Positions 41,656 through 52,078 of a stretch of DNA of 64,000 nucleotides are shown here, one piece after another (the first letter of the stretch is position 1; the number at the start of each line of letters is the position of its first letter). Made by a program: the position numbers and the translations under genes. Origin of the DNA: Cycas panzhihuaensis (Eukaryota; Plantae; Cycadophyta). Location: contig CM041465.1 of the NCBI GenBank assembly GCA_023213395.1, forward strand, positions 167,221,741 through 167,285,740, in the 5' to 3' direction. The notes under the pieces were generated by a model. It ran no database searches and was not told the DNA's origin. It saw only the letters and a program-made list of their open reading frames with translations.

Positions 41656-44600
41656 CTGTTGGCTATGGCATTCCTAGCACCATGCACATACCCACTTTCA
41701 ATCAAGCATTTATAGCCTCACCTAGTTTATGACTCATTCAATCTTATTCTACTAAGATTACCTCTTCACACACTATTTCCGCTATCATTTAGAAACCCCT
41801 TCACGTATCGCATACTATTGGATCTCATGGCATTAGGCCTCGCCCACCATCACCTAGAGCATCTAATGTGATTCCCTCATCACAACATATTTCTCATACT
41901 TAATTATGGAATACACATGCTTCGACAAGGCAATCATAACTATTGGGGACCCCTAAGCCTATTTCTTCCTCACATATTCCTCGGCCTAGCCCACAACCTA
42001 ATCCCTTTAACACCTTTAATTCAAGTTTCCTATAAAACCTCATACCTTAAACCAATTCTATGGTTAACCCCATAGCATTCCTCCTTCTACTCTTCCACTT
42101 CATGACATTCTACAATAACAATCGCAATCACAACAACTTATGCATTTATATATTCCTCATCCAACACCCTTACCTTAATGTCCCACTATGTTGAGGCCAA
42201 GGAGGTTGTTCCTAGACTATATAAAGTCTCCCTTTCCACGTGAGGTTTTGTTGTTACCTATGCCCTTATTCCTTCTTGAATTACCTAACTTTTTTGGTGA
42301 CTTATCTTAAAACCTCGCCTCTTATATACGAGCATTTGTACTTGCTTGCATAGACTTTATGCCATATGATTACATTATGATGTCTCTATTTCTGAAGTCA
42401 CTTCAAGGTGACACCTTGAAGTGGTTTTATCATCTTCCTTTGGCTTCAATTCTCTCGTTCTAATAGCTAGTTAAATCTTTTATCAACTATTTTGATGTAG
42501 AGAGACCATTTGAGTTAGACATTAAATCTTTACTTGCAATTAAATAAAATAATGATGAAACCTTAAGAGATTTTGTTAGGAGATTTCAAGATCAAGTTCA
42601 TGCTTGCCATTCATACCTTGATCCTAATTTGCTATTTGATCTATTCACCAATGCGTTGAGACCCCATGTGCATTTGGAAGTCCTGAAACTTGGTCCTCAA
42701 ATATATGAGGAAGTAGTTGACCGTTGTTTGTCTTTAGAGACATTCGAAATACAAGCAAGTATTAAGAAGGTTGGGAAACCTATACCTTTTAAAGATCTAG
42801 TTCATCCTACAAAGGTTACCCATCCTGAGCCCACATATGATCATCTTACTTCCTTAATTAGATCACTTGAGTGTATGATCAACACTAAGTTATATATTGA
42901 TGGTACATCTCCTACTCAATCCTCTCAAGAGACCAAAGTGATCCACTTAACCAAGGGGAGGAAGAAATAAGCTCCTCTCCCACCTCCTCCCTCATCTAAA
43001 AAGATAAAATGGTGCTCTTATCATCAGACTGATGCATATGATAGGAGTGAGTGCCAAACTATTTAAAATGCAGCCCATAATACAAATACTCAAGTAAATC
43101 GTTCTTCCAAGTCATCGTAAGACCAAATGATCCATAAGGATCCATTGCCCCTCAGTAAAGAAGATAAAGGCAAGGGGAAACATATACAAGACGATGAAGA
43201 CTAACCTTCAAGCTCTAATTTGTCAAAGAAGACTATCACTCCCACAAACGTTCAAATAAGAAGAAACACCAATCAACCCCATCCACCTCCTAAAGGTGGG
43301 GATACCAAGAGAACCATAAACATGGTGGAGACTTTAAAGAGTACAGGTCCATCTAAATCATCTGGTGATTTAATGGCATGTAATCCTAACTTTTTACCTC
43401 TAGTACCCCCCTATCCCATCAGGTTTAGGTCCATTCCTTCTAGTTTAAAGGATGGATCTTTCTCTTTGATAGAAGATTTAAAAACCATTCCCACGGGCAT
43501 ATCGATTATGGATTTAGTCATGTGTTGCCCTGAGTAATATCAAATTTTATTCGTTGCATTCAGAGTCCTTGCAGTAGCTTCTTCTCCTACTTCTACCCTT
43601 TCCTTTGATCTTGCTTCCCTGCCTGGTTGTTCTACCCATGCACCCAATGACATTCGACCATTTTACATTAAGATCATCAAGGATAATATCAATATCAAGC
43701 AGGTTATCATTGACGAATGATCATCTATTAATATGATCCCTCTTTGTCTTGTCAAGGATTTGGAGTTTTCTATCTTTGATCCATACGAATGGATCTACCA
43801 AGGGTATAACAAGAATTAAAAGGTGCCCTTAGGTCAAGTTACTCTTCCACTTACGTTGGAAGATAAGACAGTGCTTGCTGACCTTACTATCATCGACCTG
43901 GATTTAGAATACCATATCCTTTTGGGTAGACCATGGATCACCTAAATGGCAACAGTTTATTCACCCCTCTTCAGTGGACTCAGTTTCGTCCATGAGGGAG
44001 AACTTAAAATCATCAAACGAAAGCCTAAACCTATTAAATAATCAGTTCCTCTCATTGAGACTTTTGCAGAACCTGGTGAACCCTCCAACTCTATGTAGTA
44101 TTTCTTTCAGTTACTTGGTTTAGGATAATATTTCGCTATTGAAGCCCCTTCAACCCCTCCAAAAGTGAAGGATATGGATTTAGTCGAAATAATTCCTTTA
44201 TCTTCAGGTTCCTCATCTATTCATATTCCTTCTTATTTGATTGATCCCCTTTTGGTTCCTTCTTCTTCTATTTTAGAAGAAGAAATAACTTCTCGTTCTA
44301 TCACGCCTTATCAAGGTCCATCTCCAAGTAACTTTCTCAATACAAATCCTATTCACACTTGTTTCTCATAAGTTTTGTGCTTACCCTTAGGGGAAAACTT
44401 AGTGGCTCCTTCTTTGACCATTCATCTAGCAACTACTTCCTCAAGTATCATTATGCATGACTCACGTGTTGCTACTTCTTCATCTTTCTCTCATTCCCCT
44501 TTCTTTAAGACATGGTTGAATAGACATGAGAAGAAGATATTGTTGCATCAGCATATAGATCTAGTATCAAATGATAAAGATGCTAGTTTATTTGATACAG

Positions 44601-45970
44601 GTCAAGCTAGGTTTGGAACCTCCATTATAGTATGAGAAGCTAATTTCATTTCTACTATCTCGTTACTTTCCCACCCTTATTTGGACTTTCCTATATCTTT
44701 GCTTGTCTTAATATCTACATCTCACCTTGATTATGGCATGTATGATCAAGAGTTCAATCAAGTTTTTTCTTTAATTTGGGAGTTTGTGGATAAGACTATC
44801 CCCTTTTCTCAAGTGGCATCAATTATAGAGTTTATGTCTACTCCAAACTCTCTAGTTGGTCCTCTTCCATCTTCTTCTTCTTAATCTAAGAACCTTCGCC
44901 TCATCAACCTCTTTCACCTCGATTATTTTGAGAATGATGAAGTGATTGTTGAGTATTTAGTAGGTTCATCTCTTAGTTTTCCTTATGGACATCACAAGTT
45001 AGGGTTTTCTAAAGTTATAGTTGATCATTCTCAATCTTAGGAATCTATCTCTTCAATCAAACCTACACCTCCTCACTTCAAAGAAGGAAACACAATGCTT
45101 ATGGAACAAATCATCGATGTAGATTTAGAAATATAAGATACCCCTAGGATTATCAAGTTGGGAACTAGTTGTACTCCCTAAGAGATCACCTAATTTAAGA
45201 ATATCTTTTGTGAGTTCCACTCAGTTTTTGCATGGGACTATAAAGACATGCAAGGCCTAGACTCCCAAATAGTTGAATATAATATTACCATTATTCCTAG
45301 TCTAAAACCTAAATGAAAAAAGTAATGTCCTATCTATCCACGTCTCTCTCTTACTATTAAGTAAGAAGTGGAGAAGTTATTAATAGTTGGATTCATTGAG
45401 AGCATCGATTACTCCCAATGGATCTCTAATATAGTTCTTGTAGTAAAGAAGAATGGTACGATTCAGATTTGTATTGACTTTCATGACATTAATGATACAT
45501 GTCCCAAAGACAATTTCCCTCTCCCATTTCTTAATCAGATTTGGCACCAAACTATTAGTTTTAAGGTAATGTCTCTTATGGATGGATTTTCAGGATATAA
45601 TTAGATCTCTATTATACCTCTTGACTACCATAAGACTACTTTTACCACTCCTTGGGGCACCTTCATTTACAAAGTCATGCCTTTCTGATTAAAGAATGTT
45701 GGTGCAATATATCAGAGGGCTATGGTTCATATCTTCTATGATCTGGTTGGTAATATTATTACCATTTATTTAGACGATATGCTTGCCATTTCACGCAAAA
45801 AATTTGATCATTTGTGTGATCTCAGAACCATTTTTAAGAGGTGTAAAAAGTATCACTTGTGTTTAAACCCTTCCAAATGTGTTTTTGTCATTACATTAGG
45901 AAAGATGTTAGGAAACATTGTTTCTCAAGACAAGATTAGGATTGAACCCAAGAAGATTAAGGCTATACCT

Positions 45971-46205
45971 CTGCAATAAGGATAGACTATGGCTCTGAAA
46001 TTAGTACCTTTACCTAATGAGCCAAAACTATGGGCAAAGCTTATCTTCCTTCTGATTTCACCTTTGCAATGAGGATAAATTACAACTCCAAAGAATTGTA
46101 CCTTTGCCTAACCAGCTAAAACTATAGGTAAATTCCCTTCCTTCTTTACTAATCAGTGGCTCTCAGACCTGTATCTTTGCCTAATGAGCTAAAACTATGG
46201 GCAAA
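45971..46205 (+). repeat. Conserved-loop hairpin cluster 1
   Basis: TTTGCCTA-ATGAGCTAAAACTA-TGGGCAAA type x3, plus 2 short-stem variants. Confidence 0.8.
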
Positions 46206-47200
46206 TCTTCCCTACTTTTTCTAATGCTTCTTACCTTCATTAAACATTATGGTGTTTTTATAATAAATCCAGCCCATAATCGTGTAAACTACTTGCTCTT
46301 TCTAGCACTTATACTAATTGTGAGTTTGCCATTATTTGGATCCCATTTCCCTTTGAGTTCTATACTCAAAAGGGAATCTTTGCCCCAAGTTTTATTGTAC
46401 TTTCATCTTAGAAAGAGAAACACCTTCGTCAGATTCAAGTATCCCCTCATTTGCCAAGAGTTTACTTTCATTTGCTAGCTTGTTACCTTGTTGATTCAGA
46501 CCATACTTTTACTTGCTAGTTGGTTAATGTTGGGATTTTCTTTTTGGTCATATAACACCAACTGTTAATTATTTCTATTATCCTCAGTTCTTTTTATTAT
46601 TCCCTCATAATAGATACTCATTCTACTACCTTCCCTTCACACTTAGAGACACCGTGATTTTGATTTCCTTTTTGCTTTCTATGGTTTATTCCTTAGGGAG
46701 ATTTGCCTCTTTCCCTTTTGAGAATCTATTAAAAAGGAGAAATCCTTATTGTGTTGAGTAGAAGAGTTTCTTAAGAAGAAAATTATGATCCTGTTCTTAT
46801 GAAAGGTAGAAGTACAAAGTAAAAAAATGTAATAATTAAAAAAAAAAAAGAGAAAAAAAGAAAAAAAGTTAAAAGAAAGTAAAAAGTAAAGTTTATTGTT
46901 TTCATCCTCTTATGATCTAGGGGAAGTTGCCTAATGGCTTCGTCCCCACCTATCTATCTATAGGTTGGGTTCATTTAGATGAGTCATTTAGGATTTTTAG
47001 ATCTAGCTACTTGGGTCCAACATGGCCTCAGTTACAGTCAAACCCTACTTGACACTTTGATCATAATCATCTTACTTGGGTTCCTTATTCTTCCTTCACT
47101 ACAATTAGAGATCTACTTTTACCACCATCTCCTTACTAATTGATTTTTACATCTTCCTTCATCGATCATACAGTCTCTAAGTTTTGATCCTCTCATTCCC

Positions 47201-47602
47201 ATGGCATTGAGTATCTTCACTAATGGGGGTAGTAGAGGAAACCCAAGACTGTCTACTTTTACTTAGGTGGTTTATGACCAATCAGGAAGTCCTCTCCTTT
47301 CCATAGGTTTCTTCATACCTAAGGCAATCAATAATGAAGTTGAATACCTTGCAATTATAGGAGCCTTATTAGATGTCTCTCACTTTTACCTTGGACCTAT
47401 TACTTTGTATGCTAATTCTTAGGTTGTCGTTTATTAGTTGATTAGGATGTACTAGGTCCACTCTCCATGACTCCTTTTACATCATCAAGCCTTGTCATTA
47501 TTGTCTCTATTTGTCTTAGTAACCATCTAGTACATGCCTTATTCTTTTAACCTCGAAGCTAACACTCTTGTTTCCTCAATCCTTGATGATCGTGTTGATT
47601 GA
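47201..47602 (+). pseudogene. Stand-alone archaeal-type RNase H (aRH) ORF of element B
   Basis: MALSIFTNGGSRGNP..., AINNEVEYLAIIGAL, ANS*VVV, P..FNLEANTL match aRH motifs DG.SRGNPG, TNN.AEY, DS.LVV and PR..N..AD.L. Internal stops present. Confidence 0.85.
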
Positions 47603-47633
47603 CTCACTTATTTTAGCTGGGGGCACTCTACTA

Positions 47634-47703
47634 TGGAATAAGTATAAACTACCACTTTAGAATGAGTATAAACTACCACTTTATGATGAGTATAAACTAT
47701 TGG
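47634..47703 (+). repeat. Three ~24-bp tandem copies of ATGAGTATAAACTA
   Basis: Seen directly; same loop motif as the hairpin arrays. Confidence 0.85.
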
Positions 47704-48594
47704 TTTTGGTAAGATTATAGGTTTGGGTAGTTGTAAGATTGTGGTGATAGGTTTGAGACTAAAGCAAGATTTGTGAAAGGGCTAGACCTCCATGGAAATC
47801 TTGGGCTATGGAAGATCTTGGTAGGGGGAAAGTTCCTGAAAGCTTTTACCCCTAGAAGGAGCCAACAAATAATCCAATATACTCAGGTAGTTAATCATTT
47901 ATTAAGCGAGATTAGTTTAGTTTGTTAAGTAATTTACTTCCTTCATGATATATTATATAAGTATGGGTTTATCCTATGTTTATATAATCTATTAGGAGTA
48001 TGATGTAAGCTATATGGGTTTCCCTTTTGGAGATTTATATTATTCCATCTTTTGCTTTTATAAACTTATTACTATTTGTGTTCTAGATGATTTTAAGTTT
48101 ATAAAAATAGAATAACCTTTCACCTGCCCTATTTTAATCTTTGTGTTTATCTCCTAGTTCTTATTCCTCCCCTAACCTTGTCTTTCCTAAACCATACTAC
48201 TCCAGAATGAGTATAAAATACCATGTCAATAATATGACAAAAACCAAAAAAAGTACATAACCACAAAAAAAAAAAAAAAAAGTAAAAACAACAAAAATCA
48301 TTACATATTCCCCTGGATAACTCACACTAATGAATGCATCATATCCTCAAATATAAATGGGAACAAGGGGGATAAAGGTTTAGAGACAAGCAATTACACA
48401 TGAGTTTTAAGAAAAAGAAGATCAATATATACATGATGTCAAAAAATTAGTACAAATGTCACCTAAGTGACTCATTATACATGATCCGTGATACATGACA
48501 TATGGTACATAATATATAATTCGATGCCCACGAAATACCTCATATCATACTCATGCCTCCTATACAACATATGATACACTCATATGTGCGATCC

Positions 48595-50720
48595 CTAATG
48601 AGATCCCTGAGGTACATCTGGATTTTCCCTCAGTCTCCTACTAGAAGTCTCCCCATGAGAGGACTCTCCTTTAGGTGGGAGATGGTGTAGCTCCTACTGC
48701 ACCATGCCAGTAGCTGATAGGGTATACCCCTCCCCTTCCTGAGCTAGTTTCATCCTCTGTAGGTCTCTCCTCTCCTCTTCACCTACCCTCAGTTCCATCT
48801 CTAGCCTCTACAACTCCATCTGCATGTCTATATACATGTCCTGAGCTCTTAAAGTGTGGTGATAGAAGTCTATCTAATGCCCCAGTAGTCTGTGATCCAC
48901 TACATTCTAAGCAGGCACCTCATCTAATGCTAGAACATAGGGGAAGATCACCTCTAACATCCTTTGCACCTCTCTCAAGGTAACTATCTCATCACCTATC
49001 CAATAGAAACATGTAATATATAGTTAATTCTTTGGAGAAGACAACAAACTTTAAAAATAAAAAGGAATCTAATATAATATGAGAAACTAATTAATCAAAT
49101 CGTGTACCTAGAGATCTGACTCTTGCTGGCTCTCTACCTACCACCTTGTTAGCTGGTGGTGCCTCTACTATCTGTGGCTCCTGATGAGTCTCCTACGTAT
49201 CTCCTCCCTTGCTAGTTGTAGCTCCTCCATCCCTAACCTTCTCATCAGTAAATCCTAGCTCCATACTCTAAATGAAGACCCCTCTCCTCTCTGCGGGTGC
49301 CTCACCCCCTTGTCTAAACACCTACCAACTACTACCTACTCCACCACTAGAGGAAGCACCTCCCCTACCTCCTTGTCCTACCTCCTCTCCCCTATCGGCA
49401 CCTATACTACCATGATCCCCTCTGTCATGACCTCCTCCTCTCCCTAGCCCTGCTACTGGAGCCTCCTTAGTTGCTACCCTCTCTGCAACATCTATCTCAT
49501 TATCTCTCCATATTGGGAGCCCATCATATGCATCATACACGAGTTGTCTCCTCATCATCCTGCTTAGTATGGGACTGTGAGTCATCCTTGGGATGATCGC
49601 CAGCCTATTGTGGATCCTCGATCTTATGTGCCACCTATTCATGCCTAGATCCATCAATGTCAGCTCCCCAGGTTCTCCCCTTGGCTGCATTAAGGGAATA
49701 TGATCATAAAGCTAATGCATTAATATCAAGCTATAAGAAAATCCACCTTTGCATATCCTCCATATCCTAGATAACTAGTGACTAATGCTATCTGCCACAT
49801 ACTACCCTTAGTTAATCTAGATCCCCTACTTGCATTATTATATGATCCATGTCCACTGAACCAGTATCCCCATAAAGTTTTATGTCCTAACAATCTGGTA
49901 TGTGATAATCAGAGTGATGATCCTCCTCACCACTAGAACTCCATCTGCCACCCTAATTGCCTTAATTGAGATATTGTGCTCATCAATCTAATTAATAAAT
50001 CTAGTCAAGTAGGTGTTGCATGCCATCTGTGACTCCTTGTTTATCACTCTGATCAAGCTATACTCTCTCGCCATGCCAACTCACTTTGAGAATATTCCCT
50101 GCATCCCGTGGGGTAATCTCCAGATCTCTAATACCATGAACTCTAAATACGTGCCACCCTAGTATCCAACAACTCACAAAGTCATGCAACACCTCATGCT
50201 CCATGACCAACAGGGTCAAAGCACTAGCCCTTGCTAGGCCACACGCTCGTTGGATACCCCATCCTACCTCATCTAGTTGACTCACTAACTCTCTGATGGT
50301 ATCTCCTTCATTCTCATGAGTATCAACTCTCTCCAAAGTAGTTTATAAAGAATAATATGTTAGCATTTACTCTGAGTCGAAGACCTCATGTAACTAAGAG
50401 AAACTTTCAAAATTTTAAAAATGTGATTGATAAATTAAAAAATGTAATTTCATAGTAAAAAACACAGTTTCACAGTGAAAAATGTGATTTCACTATGAAA
50501 AATACGATTTCACAATGAAAAATATGACTTCCTTAGATGGCCCAAAATAACAAAATTATGTTTTTCACTACTTTATCATGTTTTTCATTACAAAACTACA
50601 TTTTTAATATAGCACCTACACTTTTTGCACTGTATTATCGTATTTTCATCATAAATTTTAAAAAATAAAAATAAAAATAAACTACTTCACTCACTGAGTA
50701 CCTTACTTACTGCTCCATTA
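48595..50720 (-). pseudogene. Antisense spliced accessory gene of element B: plant mobile domain (PMD)-like N-terminus, Gly/Arg-rich linker, coiled-coil-like C-terminus
   Basis: VLHDFVSCW..VFRV..LEITPRDAGNILKVSWHGERV resembles the PMD pattern ALVERW..TF..MTITL.DV..ILGLP..G..V. GT-AG intron at 48996-49107. C-terminal exon homologous to 54834-55090. Confidence 0.65.
50438..50655. repeat. 20-bp tandem repeat followed by degenerate inverted copies
   Basis: AAAAATGTGATTTCACAGTG-like x4-5 (50438-50530), then TTTTTCA-containing reverse units. Confidence 0.7.
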
Positions 50721-51159
50721 TCTCCTGTCTCACATTATGGATCTCACCACCTAGCCAAAAGAGCTCAAAATCCTACTCAAATGAAGGAAAAACTCCTCAT
50801 AGAGTGTTCCTTTCTCCTCCTTCATCCTCGTGCAAATGAATCGATTTCTTTATCAACTTCCTTACATATAAGGGGCCCTTTCTAGCCCTTTTTAGCTCTT
50901 TTCGCCTATGAAATCATCCAAGCTAACCATTTAATCCATCAAAAGAAGGCATACTCCAATTTGATCTTAATTGTCTCCAAACTTATGATGATGTCTCATA
51001 AACATGTTCTTTTTTCATCTTTTGATAAAGTTCATGATATTAAACATTTGTTTGAGCTCTTTCTTTATTTTCTTGTCAAAATTTAATTGATTATTCAATC
51101 CTATTTTACCCAGTAACATGTTTACCTTCAATAATACTATAACTGTGAGCTTTTAAGTG

Positions 51160-51567
51160 TCTATTGATGAGTCTAAACTAGGACAGGATAATACACTCCA
51201 AACTTCTATCCACTTATTAATGAGTACAAACTATGACAAGAACATGCTCTGAGGCCTCCATACCTATTAATGAGCCTAAACTATGATAGGGATCCCTTTG
51301 AAGTCAATTATTAATGAGGTTAAAAGTAATAATCATCCTATGAAATCTCTCACCCCATTAACGAGGCTAAACTATGATGGGTTCACTCTAAAAAGTCACT
51401 TGTTAATGAGCTTAAACTATGACATTCCATTCTTTTTACCTCGACAGAAAGATTTTACTCTAAAAAGTCACCTATTAATGAGCTTAAACTATGATAGTCC
51501 ATCCTTTTTACTCTAGCAAAAGGATTTCCTTCTAATACTCAATTAATGAGAGATAAACTATGACCAG
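51160..51567 (+). repeat. Array of 8 conserved-loop hairpins with variable spacers
   Basis: Loop AYGAGNNTAAACTA; period about 44-72 bp. Confidence 0.9.
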
Positions 51568-52078
51568 GTATACAGTAGAGGCCCATCTAGTTTGTGGGTA
51601 TTTGGTTATGAAGTCCCATCCAATTTGTGGGCAGTAGATAGTGTTTGTTTAAGTCCCATCTAGTTTGTGGGCATTAGGTAATATTTTGATAATAGTAGGC
51701 ACCTAGTTCTTTGAGGTGAAGAAAACAAATATAGTGACGTTTATGAGTTGAATACCCAGTGTTTTTGGGTAAGTTGGTTGATGGTTAGTCATTTTGGGTA
51801 ACCTAATTAATGCACAACCCTTTTGGGCAAGAGATGTGAAGGACACCTCTTTTAGTCAAGATTACTCAGTCCTTTCAAGTAACCCTACCAATAGAAACTT
51901 CTTTGAATCAATTTGTAATGAAGATTTCACTCTACCATGGAGAAGTACTACCCTATCCTTCATACATTTCACTAGTTCCTATCGCTTTCACTAGAACAAC
52001 CAACATGCACATCATTGCCACCACTCACCATCCTATGTCTCTTTCTAGAATAGGAGCCTTAGGTGCTAAGGGGGCAAT

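Noticed and set aside
46008-46205. Rolling-circle (geminivirus/CRESS) origin hairpin
   Set aside because: The loop does not contain TAATATTAC or TAGTATTAC on either strand, and no Rep ORF is present.
51283-51516. 77-aa ORF with repeated LMSLNYD
   Set aside because: It is the translation of the hairpin array; unit lengths are mostly not multiples of three.
51160-51567. True CRISPR array
   Set aside because: Eukaryotic retrotransposon context, no cas genes, degenerate repeats, uneven and partly duplicated spacers.
51160-51567. Hammerhead ribozymes (the GATGAG...AAAC resembles CUGAUGA...GAAAC)
   Set aside because: Only about 3 nt lie between GAG and AAAC, too few for stem II, and no stem I/III or cleavage triplet arrangement was found.
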